From Lama glama (lineage: Eukaryota), in assembly GCA_028534125.1 (NCBI GenBank), contig CM052816.1:36768001-36832000 (forward strand): DNA of 64,000 nucleotides, given 5' to 3'. Both the position numbers and the translations under genes were made by a program. Positions 26,776-39,339 of this stretch are shown here, in pieces (within the stretch, counting starts at the first letter, position 1; each line of letters begins with the position of its first letter). The notes under the pieces are model-generated. The model made no database searches and had not been told where the DNA came from. It worked only from the letters and a program-made list of their open reading frames with translations.

Positions 26776-28814
26776 ATTGTTCTCATTCAGCATCAGTGTT
26801 CATGAAATAAAAATACCAGTAAATTTAGCTCTTTTGCTCTGTAATTCCACAAATCTGAATTTAGAGAAATATTTTTTATTCTTGAACTGAAATATCATCC
26901 CCCTTTTCTGAGAGCATGAATTTACAAAATTTTCTTTGATATATGTACATAAAGAAGATTAGAATAGTGTATTCTAAAACATATGCTTAATTTTTTAGAA
27001 TTTAATTTACTCATCTATGAATCTTTTTACCTTACTCTCCATTGAAAGAGTTGGGTGGATATAAGCAGGAAAATAAGCTAAATTAGTTATTCTTTTCAAA
27101 TCTAGAATATTGGATTCAGGTTATGGTTGAGTATAGAGCTACATTTTGCTGTTGAAGTTCAAAGTTAATAAATGGTTAAAATTCTGGTTATAAAAGAAAA
27201 ATCTGGAGAATCAAGTACAGTTGACATATCAAAGTTAAACAATAGGTCAGGAGAGATGAGAGTTAGGCTAAATTAATCAGTAGTGGAAAAAAAAGAAGGA
27301 AGAAGAGGAGAAGGAGGAGAAGTTGCGCAAACAAAGAGAGTGGAAGAAAGGAACCTGAATGAAGTGAAAAAAAAGGGCATTTGTATTTTTTTTTTTTTCA
27401 GTACCAGCATCCGGATCCAACAAATCCAATCTACATGGACATTACCTTAAACTAAATAGCTGTTGATACCTTAAGATCTTATATTGAGGAATCCCACAAA
27501 CAAACAGGAGAATGTTACAATTTTTGAATTCAGTAGTAAGATATATCAAAAGAAAAATACCACAAGATATGCTAAGAAATTGCAATTTTTTTCTGCCCAA
27601 AGAAAGCAAGTGATATGAAGATAAGTTCTCGTCTGAAGCAAAAGAAATGTTAAACAAAGGAAGATGTGCTAATTATCTTTATCTGGGAATTTCATCAAAG
27701 AATTGACATTTGAGGGTTTGTAGTTCACATGATTCATTGCTTGTGTCAAGGCTCTGCCTAGATTTCCTTAGCTTCTGTCTAATTTTTGCTTAAGTAATTA
27801 TGGTCAGCTATTTTAAAGGTTTTGAACCCAAGGAAGAGAAAAGAAAAAAGTAATGCCAGTTGTTTAATCATATCTTTTGGTAATATAAGAAACAACATGA
27901 CAAGAAAAGTCTAAGTCCAGTCAGAGCCCCACTGTCTTCCTCTGTGTGTGCCCTAGTGTACCGAACTGGTACTGAAGGAATCTAGAAGAGCTAGCTCCTT
28001 CTGGCCCCCTGTTCTTCAACCATGTACTTTCATCCTATAATTCTAAAATATTTTGAAATTTGATTTTCAGTCTGCCTTAGGTTCTTCAACTCTCTCAAAC
28101 AGCATTTATTATTATTTCATAGACCCCTTATTGATATTGAGTAATTATAAAACATTATAGGAGTAATGCTCTTATGAAATGTGATTCAGATCTTCTTATA
28201 CAAAGAAAACACTGTTGTATTTTTTTTAAAAATCAGAATATCTCACAATTTTATCAATTCATTATTTTAAGGGAATTTATAGATTTTTTAGAAAATTACC
28301 TTTGATTTATTTGAAAGAATAATTACCTGTAGAAAGTTTGCAATGAACTATGCAAATATGAAGTGCTACTGCTGAAACTGCCTTGTAAACAAGGATCAAA
28401 ACAAGGTCAACCTGAGAAAAACAAATAAAATCTACTTATTTTATTATCAGAAACAGTCAATGCCCAGGTATAGAGGAGCAGAAATCTGTTACTCCTGCAC
28501 ATCATCTTCCATAAAGACGAAGAAATATAAGCAGTGATTCCATAATTGCATGATCCTGTGATTATTTAAGAACAAATGACAAAATCCTATGTGTGAATTG
28601 GGAAAGTATCTGAATCATAAGGAGAAATAAATAAGAAAGCTTTCATTTGAAAGAATCTCAATAAAAATGCAAAAATAAAAGATAATATGCCTTTTTTTGC
28701 ATGGAATTTTAAAAGACTGATGTAGAAAAACCACGGCAGCCATAGGCTCAGAGAAGTCACCTCCTTTTATAGTCATAAAACAACTTTACATCAATATGCT
28801 CCATTCCATTAGAA

Positions 28815-28989
28815 AAGTAGTAATTAAGTCTGGCTGCACATTAGAAATTCCTAGACTTTTAATACCCCAGTCCAAGCCTTACCCATGGAGATTCTGATAT
28901 AATTGTTTTGGAATGGAGCTCGGAGGTTGGTAATTTTTTAATAGCACCCCACATGATTCTAATGTGCAGAAAGGGTTGGGAATCATCGC
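28815..28989. mobile_element. MER5A/B-like hAT-Charlie MITE
   Basis: 'ctggctgcacattagaa', 'gagattctgatataattgttttggaatggagc', 'catgattctaatgtgcagaaagggttgggaatcatcg'. Confidence 0.85.
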
Positions 28990-29009
28990 ATTAAATGGAG
29001 GGAATGGTG

Positions 29010-29240
29010 ATCCTATTAGTTTATTCCATGCTGGGCATTGTGGTAAGCTCTTTACTTGCATCATCTCATTTAATCCTTCCGGCAATCCTACAGTGCAGAA
29101 ATTACTCCCCTCATTTTGCTGATGGAACAAGTACAAAGATTAAATAAATTACCCAAAACAGTATAGTTTAGAAATGTTGAAGCAAAGACTCAAACTAAGA
29201 CTGTATGAATTCAAAGCCTGTTCTCCTCAGCATCATCACG
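29010..29240 (-). mobile_element. MIR SINE
   Basis: 'ctttacttgcatcatctcatttaatccttccggcaatcctac...ctcattttgctgatggaacaa'. Confidence 0.8.
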
Positions 29241-29652
29241 ATCTAATTTCTGCATCTAGGTTGTAATGATAGAATATCCTTGGTTTTTTTCCCTCTGCCC
29301 CTTCTGGCCCAAAGGTGCCATATGTTATGATTCAGGGGGATTGTCACCACTTCTTTAGGAACACGTAAAATATGGAAAACCTAGAGAAGAATGTAAAAAT
29401 TTTTTGTCTCCAGCAGCATCTAATGAATAGACATGTTTTGTGAAATGTGGAAGGTATTGAGTATTTTTCTCTAAATTACTAAAAATATAACCATTGGAAA
29501 TTGTGCTTTAAAAGTTAGACCGCAGGTTTCTCTGTACAAGTTACAAAATCTGTGCAATTCTGGACCTAAATAGATGAAGATCTTTAGCTATAAATGGATT
29601 ATGCTTTCTCCTACTCACCATGGTTTTTGCAGATGCCTATTGTCTCACATAC

Positions 29653-29821
29653 CAGTGCTTCTCATAGATTACTAATGTTCACACAGTTAACCTGAGGGCC
29701 TCATCAAAATGCAGATTTTGATTTAGTATGACTGGAGTGAGGGCAGAGAGTCAGCATTTCCAGCAAGTTTTTAGGTTATGCTGATGCTCTCGGTACTCAG
29801 ACCAAAACTGGAGTATCAAGG
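29653..29821. mobile_element. MER5A-like MITE
   Basis: 'cagtgcttctca...aaaatgcagattttgatttagta...gcatttccagcaagtttttaggttatgctgatgct...gagtatcaagg'. Confidence 0.85.
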
Positions 29822-30519
29822 TTATATAGCACCTGTCATATTTACTTACATTACTGGACTTTAATTAATCAATTAATTTTATGTCTCCCGCTAAGGCTAT
29901 ACTTATGTAGTTTCACAAAAACAGATTCACTTACACTTTATTGGATAAAAATAAAAGCATGTGTTTCTAAAATCTTTGCCTTTTTTTTCTATAAAGTTAC
30001 TTTCTTTCTAAACCTGTCACTTGGTATATAAGAAAGAGCAAAATTCATTATGGATTTAGATTTTAGATTCCCCAGCCCAATGGGTGACATTAAGTGAGCT
30101 ATTTGAAGTACATACACACAATGTGTTGCATTGCAAAATGTAAACTCAAAGTGCGGAAAATTCACTCCACCATTAAGTCTAAGTTGACTGACCCCAGAAT
30201 GGAGATATCAGCCTGCAGTTTCCCAAGGCCTCCAGGGGTTATTCATTCAACTTAAACAAGAGGCCAGTTGCAAGACAATAGCTGCTTTCTAAGTACATCC
30301 TTGGTAGCCATGCCTGGGAGGCAGCAAGTCCTAAACCTCCAGGAACACCTCCAGGCAGAGGCTGCCTTCCTTTGCCAGAGACACCAATTGTTAAAATCCT
30401 CAGTCATGGACTTCTGGTTCAAAGGAGTCAATAAGGTTGTGGGGTCCCCGAATAATAGTACTTTCCTATAGCAGCTCTTCTCGGTCTAGAGAATCCCCTC
30501 TACACTTACAGGTTGAGGA

Positions 30520-32060
30520 AGTACAAGTATATAAAACATCAACACCGCCTGAAAATTTGATAGTAGAAGCTACAAAAACAGTACACTGAACTGGCCAAAA
30601 GGGCCTCATCCACTGGTAATATTAGTTTTCCTCTCTCTGCGTAAGCATTTCTCAAATGCTGTTGGTTGAATCTGGGTGCCCCCTTTGCCCATGAGTCTAG
30701 GTAGGATGTGACTTGGGTGTAATATATACAACAGTGCCATAAAAGTTTGAGTCCCTTCTTTCTTCAAGTTTTCCTAACCTAATTGCATGAGTGCATATTG
30801 CCCTTCAGGACTTCCAGGAGACAGGAGGACATCAGTCCCACCCTATTCACCTTTGTAACAGTTGAGTTTGGGGCAAAGAGACTGGCAAAGGTCTAGGTGA
30901 AGGGTGAAATAACTTCTATTTCAGTAAGCAATACACATTTGGCTTTGGTTTCAAGCAGTGTGGTGGCAGCAAGTAGCTATCAGATGAAGCATCCGTATTT
31001 TCTGTTCATCCCAAATCCTATACTGGGCAGCAACATCTTCATTAATGACACCATACATTTTAAGCTTTGGGTACACCAGGATTCGATAGCCATAGCCCCA
31101 CTGACTTCCAGCTGTATCCATGGGGTTTATACTCCTTGGCTGATTTGGGTTTGACTAACAGAGGGCCGGTTCTTTTTTATGAAGTTCACAAGAGTCTGGG
31201 GGATCTGCTGTCCCCTTACTAAAATAAGATTTAAGTTCTCACCCAGTTTCAATATAAGGGCTAAGGGAGTTTTCAAGGTGGAAGAGAGGACCACAAATTT
31301 TATCTAGATTTCTTTGGGCCACTTTAACATTCTCCCTTGGATAACATTTATCAGCTTGTAAATCCTGTCTAGAGCAGTAGTATCCCAAATAGTACTTAAT
31401 ATATTGTTTCCCGTGGAAAATGGGGTGTCACAGGGATTTCGCTAAATTAGTCAAAACTCTCTTATAACAGCCAGGACAAACTTAAAAAGCTCTGAGTCCT
31501 TTTACTGTTATCTCCAAAAGGATCTAAGTTTAACATAATAGACTGCAGGGAGTCAGGGTTGGGAGTGTGGGGCTCAGCCTTAAGACAAAACAGCTTTCGC
31601 CATGCTTCATTAATAAAGAGTAATGTTCTACCTGCCTTACCCCCCAAGTGAACAAACCATTGTTCTAAAAATCCACCTTGCTTCTGCCCATAGCTGTCGT
31701 AAATGTTTCTTTTTTCATACTCAGTGTAAAAAAGCACTTCTGCAGCGTTAATCTGAATGGAGGCAGAACTTTCTGGGGGCAAATTAAAATTTTGTTTCTA
31801 TTTGTTATATATGGGTGGATCTGAGGCTGACCACCAGGTAACTCACCTGCTAGGAGTGATTCAGCATCAACCAGGGCATTGTCCATGGAGCTGTCTTTGA
31901 ACCTACTTCGGGTTAGTTGGCCTGTAACTACCTTTTCAATTTTTTGCTCATGAATAGGCAATAAAATGGAGGCCCATTCCTAGTGGCCTATGTAACTGGG
32001 TCAATATGTTTGCTACTGATCCTATGGACTTTCCTCATTTCCCATTAATTGGCACAGGAG
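30520..32060 (-). pseudogene. ERV-L-type gag-pro pseudogene
   Basis: Gag homology is split across frames (ORFs 31665..31961 and 31462..31782). The protease catalytic DTG is destroyed (LLY in place of LLDTG) and frameshifted. Confidence 0.7.
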
Positions 32061-32118
32061 GTCCTCATCCTTCATCTTCCACCAAGTCTTCTCACTGCAC
32101 CATCTAATCTTTATCAAC

Positions 32119-32549
32119 TGTCAAGAACTGAGATTTTGCCCTACTTATAAGGTAACGTGTTCCTTTGTCACAATTTCATGGATTCTATCAGAAACAAAAC
32201 ACTCCTGGCTGAAAAAATAAAAGACCATTATTTTTTCAACAGTAGCAGCAGCCAGAGTAACAGCACTTTTGCCAACATCATGAATTCCTAATCCCGCAGT
32301 ACAGCGTGAAGAGAGTCAAGTAACACCTGATATACAGTGGATATTTATGGGAGAGTCTCCCCAGCTGAGAAAATGGGAAATGGGACAGTAAACATTCCTG
32401 CCCTTTGCTCCAGAGCATAATACGATCTCTGCCTTCCAAAGCTGTTTACTGTATATTCTTGTAAGATAATAAAGAACCAAAGCCATCAGTGCCTTTTCTC
32501 TCAGGGCATTCAAATACGGGAGAGACCCATGAAGAATTGTCTCCTTACA
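32119..32549 (-). mobile_element. LTR40-like (ERVL) 5' LTR
   Basis: Minus strand starts 'tgtaaggagacaattcttcatgggtctctc' and ends 'aagtagggcaaaatctcagttcttgaca' (TG...CA). It is followed by a decayed primer-binding-site-like 'gttgataaagattagatgg'. Confidence 0.75.
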
Positions 32550-34078
32550 GACACAAGTCCAGTATATCAGTAAACAATACATAAGAAAGAATCAATGTAA
32601 TAAATGTAAATATAAAGAAATATCAGGTTGGATAACACAACTGACATCTCAGGCACATTTATTTACAAAACACACCCCAAAAATCAAAAGATGGAGAGAG
32701 TGAAAGTAACCATCTTCTGTTAGATTTTTCTCTTTTCTGCCGTTGCCCACTGCTTTGGGTGTGTAAGGCCTTGGGAGAGGGAAAGGAAGTCAGGATACCT
32801 GTGGGCAGCCCCAAATCATGCTTCTGTTGGGTCTACTTCTTTCCCCAGAAAAGCTCTGGAGCAGCGCTCATGTTACCTGTCCATTCATCCCCATAGGATT
32901 GGGTTCAATCTGCTGTTATCATATTGTGCAATGCATCAAGAGTACCAAGGCAGAGAGCAAGGCCTCCTTTCAAAAATCTGTTCTGAAACAATTCTCTGGC
33001 AATGTTTGCTTACCCTCTTACACCCTGGCCTGTCCTCTCTCTCCCCAGGGAGTTCATGTAGTCTTTACTTATAAAGACTTTATATTATAGGATTATTCCT
33101 ATCCATTCAAGATTGTTTTCCTTCTGAGGCATTGCTAAGGTTGTACTAGGGCAAAGAGCCAGCATCCTGACCTCATGTACCATCCTGACAGCAAGGGCAT
33201 CTGTTTTGCTTTTATCTGTTTAGAGTTGTTCGTTTTCTTGTCCATTTTGGCTCAGAACTGATAAACTCATTTTCACTGAGTGATATTGAATGTCTCTCTT
33301 TTTACTTACTAGGTAATTGGATTTAAAGCTGATCGTGTTAGGCATTAAACAATCAACAGATTATATTTTTCTTCTTGCTTTTGTTATTGTTGTTTGTCTG
33401 TCTCCCCACCCCAAATCGAGTTAATATCTTTTATTCTACACCATTTTACTCTGATATAAAATACACACCCCAAATCAAGGAAAATAGTAAAATACAGTCT
33501 GGGTTGAATTTCATGATAAAAGGTATTTTTAAAGCAAAGAGATTTTTTTACCAGTCAAGAATTTTTTCGTCAATAATATAAGCTGCTTATTTTAAATTGT
33601 TGCACTATTACAGATGTGCATGATAAATTGCTCCTGAATGCATGCTTTCCCACAGATTTGAAACATATGAGTACTATGAGTATCATATTGGCTATGAAGC
33701 AGCAAAACCCTTACAGAAAAGCTTGGCAAAATATACAATGTGTTCTATTTACCTTATTTACCGGAAAGTGTTATCTCACTATTTAACAAAATTATTACAG
33801 AAGTGGAAGGAAAGACAAGTCCTGATTTGGCTGAATTGTGAATTCACCATCCTCCTTGACTTGATCTGCTGGGCTTTATATTGGACATCCAACTCAGAAC
33901 CACTCCATTTTGGCTTTGCCTGGCAGTTTTCCATGCTTGAACCATTTCTGATTTTATACTCTTCAGTAAAAATCCATTTGTTCTTGAACAAGATTTCAGC
34001 TATTGATCCGACATATTGACACCAGCTTCATGCATTCTCATTAGCAAAAGTAGTTCTTGAGAAAGTAAGTGTTTAAAT

Positions 34079-34211
34079 CAGTGTTTCTTATATAATGTGG
34101 CCCCACCGAAATAAAATTTTCAAGTGAGGTCCAGGGTTTTTTGTTTGTTTGTTTTTTAAAATAAACTCTGTAGGTGATTCTGAAGTACACAAAAAAAATT
34201 GAGAAGCACTG
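34079..34211. mobile_element. MER5-like MITE, internally deleted
   Basis: Terminal inverted repeats 'cagtgtttct' ... 'agaagcactg'; internal 'aggtgattctgaagtacac'. Confidence 0.8.
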
Positions 34212-34519
34212 CCCTAAAGGAAAACATAACACTAAAGTTACAGGCATCCTTTGAAACGTACAAAGGGAAAAATATTTTAGGCAAGTAGGAGGAAAGTGAT
34301 TTCCTTCAAAACATACCATGTTGTTGATCAGCTTCTATACCCAGATATAATGTTGGTCAGGAATCAGTTTGAAAGTATTTAAATGTTCATTATACACACT
34401 GTACACTTATATAACTGTTGTATAATTTCTATGTCTTGAGTTCATTTGCAATATCACATTTGTTCATGGTGTAAAATCGCAAATACATTAGTCCATGAAT
34501 ATATATTACTCTATATGGT

Positions 34520-34605
34520 GTAATAGTGAGGGTCATGGGGAACACATAGGGGAATAGGTTTCAACATACGAATTTTGGGAACATAAACATTCACGCTATA
34601 TCACA
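34520..34605 (-). mobile_element. MaLR (MLT1A/MST-like) LTR 5' fragment
   Basis: Reverse complement 'tgtgatatagcgtgaatgtttatgttcccaaaattcgtatgttgaaacc' matches an MaLR LTR start. Confidence 0.75.
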
Positions 34606-35949
34606 GCCCCGCCTCAAGTGAAATTCAGGTCCTTCTCAGGGGAAAATGTTTCCCCTCTAGCCTCTAAAGCCAGTCCTCACCCTCTGCCATGCCCCTATAA
34701 TCCGTGGTTGAGGGAATGACCCCTCTACACTATTCTACTTTAGCCACTCCCTATGCTGGACATTTGGGGTATTTTATGACCGTAACTGCTTTCTCTGAAG
34801 CTATAGTATGTAGGCTTTCGAACTGTCCAGATAGTTTAGAGCCCTGTCTGCTACTTACTGGCCATGCTATAGAGAACATTTAATTTTTTACTGAAATTTT
34901 TAAAAAGCGTGACCTTGTTTTGTGTGGAATTCTTTTGGTAGAAGAGAGGTATACAAGCAGGATGTATGAGCTCTGCCCCCTCACCACCTACCTATCCTTT
35001 GGTTTTAGGCCTGAGGACAAGACGACCCTGTCACGGGCTCCATGATTCAAAGGGCACTGCATATTACAAATGTAACAACAGTATTTAGTGTGTATTATAA
35101 AAATTTAAGAATACATAAGTGCTTTTTAACTCAGTTCCAGGGCTCAAGGGTGGCATAGTGCAATTCAATCACCTTAGTGACTGAAACCTTTAAGACCCCA
35201 GAGAAACATGTCTCCACTTCTCTTGTCTTATGTTAACAAAACAGCAGGTAAACAATCTATGCCACTGCTAATGTTTTTGGAAATGGCACTGTTTTGAAGT
35301 GAAGGAGGAATTTGAGTAACAGAGTGATTGTGGAAAAGAGACATTAGTTGACTTGTTAAATCATTTTTTCCCATAAATGTCAACAGATTATTATATAAAA
35401 AACAATTATCTTCAACTTTCTTAGTAATTTCAGGGCATTTATTTTCTTGTTTTTGTTTTTTATATCCCATGTACTAATTTATTTTACGGAATTAGTCATT
35501 AGCATGATTTTTATAATGGTTATACTAGTTGGCCGAGGATAATTTTGCAGTATTAAATAATTAACTTTGAGCTATATTTGTACATATGTAGGTCTAGTTG
35601 TAAATGCATGAAACATGACAGCAATTATTTACGTTAGCAACTGCATGGTCCCTAAATACTGAGATTAAAATACTATTGTTTTTGTGAAAACAAAAACAAA
35701 ACTGAATAAGGTATATTAAAATGTAAAGAAAGGTGTCAGTTAAAGAATTTTGTTTTAAAATTTCAGTATAAATTAACTATAATTTATATTTGCCATTTAA
35801 TTTTAATAGATATATTTAAATTTTGAGAATATATCTATTTTAAAAACATGAAAATATTGTTTTTACATTAACATCAGCATTAAATTACATTTGTGTAAAA
35901 TCTTATTCAAATTTTCAATGTTTTGAATACAAATACAGTCATTTAATAC

Positions 35950-36320
35950 TGTAAGTTATCACTGTCAATTGAGTGCCAATTGTGTGAAAATCTTGACTAT
36001 AACAACATAATTATCAAATTTTTATGGAATAACTAACTTATAGGTTATATATTTTTCTGTTTCTTATCCAAACGTCATGATTATAAACCCAATACCCATA
36101 CATGTGTAATTATTATATTGCTTTTGACAGTTTGCTTACTTTTAGATAAAAAATATAACTTTACATGTATTTTTCTATGTTGTAGTAAACTATTTGTCAA
36201 GGTTTATGTTTTATTTAACAGTTAGCTTGATTTATTACTTTTAAACATATGGATTCATAGAATGTAGTGTTTCATTTATACCTTTGACCTGGATGCTGTA
36301 TATGTTTAGGGGCCTATTCT
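35950..36320 (+). mobile_element. hAT (Tip100-like) transposon remnant with transposase C-terminus
   Basis: 35956-36021 translates to 'LSLSIECQLCENLDYNNIIIKF', resembling the hAT dimerisation motif L.LLSIE.E...LDY..II..F. A possible terminus lies near 36316. Confidence 0.55.
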
Positions 36321-38634
36321 TTCCCCAAAGTATATCAATATGGAGTCTTGGAAGTGAGAGTGAAGAGTGAGTTTTTAATTGTTCTAAATTGTACTGTACT
36401 ATGTGTATGTTTCTCTGTGTGTGTGTGTGTTTATCAGGCATGGGATTTGCCAGAGATGACAGATGATGGTAATGAGGAGGGAGAGATTCTAGGATAGCTG
36501 GATTAAATAGCCTAGTTAGAAAATCAAAACAAGCACCATAACAAACACATTTTGTGAAATCACATTGGCAATGTCAGACTGTTCAATACATTGGGCATAT
36601 TATCTGAGAATTAATATTGATTTTCTCTCATATTTAGGATAGCATTTTAGACATAACTTTTTGTGGTTTTCAATAATGTCGAAAAATATAATAGCAAGGC
36701 AATATAATAGGAAAGCAATCTTACATTGATGGGAAAGAGACTATTTTACAAACAAAATTTTAGTTATTTGTGAAGATGGATTTCCTTTCTTCCCTCAGAG
36801 TCAACATTTTTTGTCAAATGAAATAGAATGCACTTCATCTCAGCAATTTGTGTGCACTGGAATATTTAGAAAAAAATGAGGGAAATGTTGACTAAAGCTA
36901 TCAAGAAAGAACATTACTTATAAGAAAATATTTATAAGAAAACAAGATAATTACTTATCATTCTCTACTAATGAGTTACATCTGCTTCCACTAAGGATGA
37001 AGTAATACCTCGTGTTTCATGACATTCACTTCTAACTCAGCCGGTCTTCTCTTGATTGCTAAATCTCTCTCTCATTTCTCTGTTGTTTCTTGGAAATTTC
37101 TGATTTTTATGAAGCACATCATGCTAATATTTGTTAAAGAATAGTTCAGCAGCTCACCCAAATGCAAACGTGAAGGTTAATATTCAGTGTGAGTTAAATC
37201 ACTTCAGAAATCCTAAATCAGCCCCATCTGGTGTGCTGTTTCTGACAGTTATAGCCCTGGCTGCTTATCTACACATCTAGCCCCCAATACTCCTTTAAAG
37301 TTTTCTCCAATTAAACAGTAAATAAATGATTCTCCATAAAATAAGTCTTACTTTAATGTGTGACTAAATTTTGACTATAAGTTCACATTCATTAAGGAAA
37401 TAGTGTGCCCAATGAATAGAGTATTTAATACCACTTGGTATTTATTCAAAAATCAATGATAAAATGATAAAATCAAGAAGAGGTTCAAGTGCATTGCTTG
37501 ACATTTTCTCATGTTAAATATATCACATGACAAAGATATATTTTCACAATAACTTTGGTTGTGTGCTCTTAAGATTATGCTTCCTTTGGAAAGTCCCTCA
37601 CAAATAGAGGAATTTAAAAGGTCATTAGATAGTATTTCCAGAAGTAGAAGAAATGCTTCAATTTAGTCTGTAATACTTTGTACCCAATTGCCTGAAAAAT
37701 ATGTTACTAGCAAAACTAACTCCACTAATTGCATATTTTAATATCTTTGGGAATCTATTTAATAATGAGTGAAAACTCATTCCAGGTCCATTTCAGCTTT
37801 TAGGTTTCTCTGAGACCAGCACTGTCATTAAACCTTAGTAAGAAAGTCATGTGAAAAATGACTGTTTCTATTCATTTAATTTATTTGTGTTGCAGCATCA
37901 TCACTTTCAAACTAATACTATCAAATATAACCTTGTTTTGCTGGAAATTTGGGGAAGCAATATTTATTCTCAGAAAACAATCTAGATTGAAAATTTAAAT
38001 ATTAATGTTAGGATAAACAGGGGGAAGGGCTGACTGTATTTCATGAGCACTGAACTTTATCTGACAAGGTCGAATGACTCTCTTATTTGAAAATAACAAG
38101 GAGGTAGTATTTTGAAAGTTTCTTTTCCAAATCTAATTTGTTAATGGATGTTGTATCACTACCTTAAGTTTTATCCTCACACACAGTTAATTTGACTGAT
38201 TTAGCTAATCAAAGGAAAATATTGTGGAATGAAGAACCTAATAGTTATATCACAGAAGTTTAAATAATTAAAATCATGCTTATAAGCACAAAGGTGAGAG
38301 AAAAGAATAAAGAGCAGAAAATATTTGGGCTCAACATGGGCATCTGTTAGAAAGCTGTGTGTTAAACTGATGCAGTAATTATCGTCTCCTAGTATAACCA
38401 GAGTATTACAGCCCATCTTTCATCTACTTATTTAATAAAGGCTTGGGGAACATGTCTGGTTATGTCCCTGTCGCTACCGTGCAGTTGTGGACATCCAGTC
38501 CCAGCCAGTGCTGGCACTCATTCAGAGAAAGGAAAGCCCCTCATGCTGCAAGCGGGCATATTGCCGTCTTCTTGACCGTCCTCCCTCTCTTCCACCTGTC
38601 TGCCCAGTGCCCCGACTTATCTAACTACCTAACA

Positions 38635-38935
38635 GCTTTTATGGTAGACACATGCCATTGCACATTTCCCCAAACCCAGAGAATGTACAACACCAAGAGT
38701 AAACCTTTATGTATACTATAGACTTCGGGTGATAATGATGTCAATGTAGGTTCATCAGTTATGACAAATGTATCATCATTCCTGTGAGGAACATTGATAA
38801 TGGGGAGGAGTGGTTGTATGCGTGGGGTCAGGGAGTATATAGAAAATCTTTATACCAATTTTCCTGTAAAAATCTCTTAAATTTTGCTGTGAACCTAAAA
38901 CTTCTGTAAAAAAATTAAGCCTATAAAAAACAAAA
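38635..38935 (+). mobile_element. L1MC1-like 3' end
   Basis: 'caaacccagagaatgtacaacaccaagagtaaacc', 'gacttcgggtgataatgatgtcaatgtaggttcatc', 'ttttgctgtgaacctaaaact' and an A-tail. Confidence 0.9.
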
Positions 38936-39339
38936 TAAAGCCTATACGCTTCTGGGTTTTAGAGACTAAACTTCAAGAGAACACACGTGGGCGTATGAAG
39001 ACCAGTCACAAACCTGCTGCATAGTTCAGGTGGAGATAATGGTGACTTGGTTAAGGGATACGACAGAAATAGGTAGCATTGGTGAGATTAAGTGCACTTT
39101 AGAAGATACAAATTGAAAAGATTTAGTGACTGAATATTAGATTGATAAAAGTAAGTGTCAAAAATGTCTTTCAAGTTATTGTCTTGAGCAACTGTTTCAT
39201 TGATAGGGAAGTTGATTGCTTCTATTCCTTTTTGGTGTGTGGATCGTCCCATTTTCATCATTGATTATCCTCTTTTTTCTAAAATTTCATTTTTTATTCT
39301 TGGACCAGGGCTGGATTCTGCATTTCCTTTCCAGCAGTC

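Larger units (their letters stand above)
30130..32549 (-). mobile_element. Degenerate class III (ERV-L-like) provirus: 5' LTR, gag, protease; 3' part missing
   Basis: LTR40-like LTR at 32119-32549. Gag-like peptide 'YTEYEKRNIYDSYGQKQGGFLEQWFVHL' resembles the ERV-L gag block YTPKEL...YRQKPGE..WEWILRV. Protease-like 'GTQTFMALLY' near 30725-30755 and 'PVQCTVFVAS..GVDVL' near 30530-30600. Confidence 0.75.

Noticed and set aside
31462..31961. Possible domesticated ERV-L gag (Fv1-like) gene
   Set aside because: Homology is split across frames with stops, the ORFs lack ATG starts, and the protease active site is destroyed.
33642..34019. 125-aa + strand ORF and the overlapping 70-aa minus ORF
   Set aside because: No recognisable domain or convincing splice boundaries; the length is compatible with chance.
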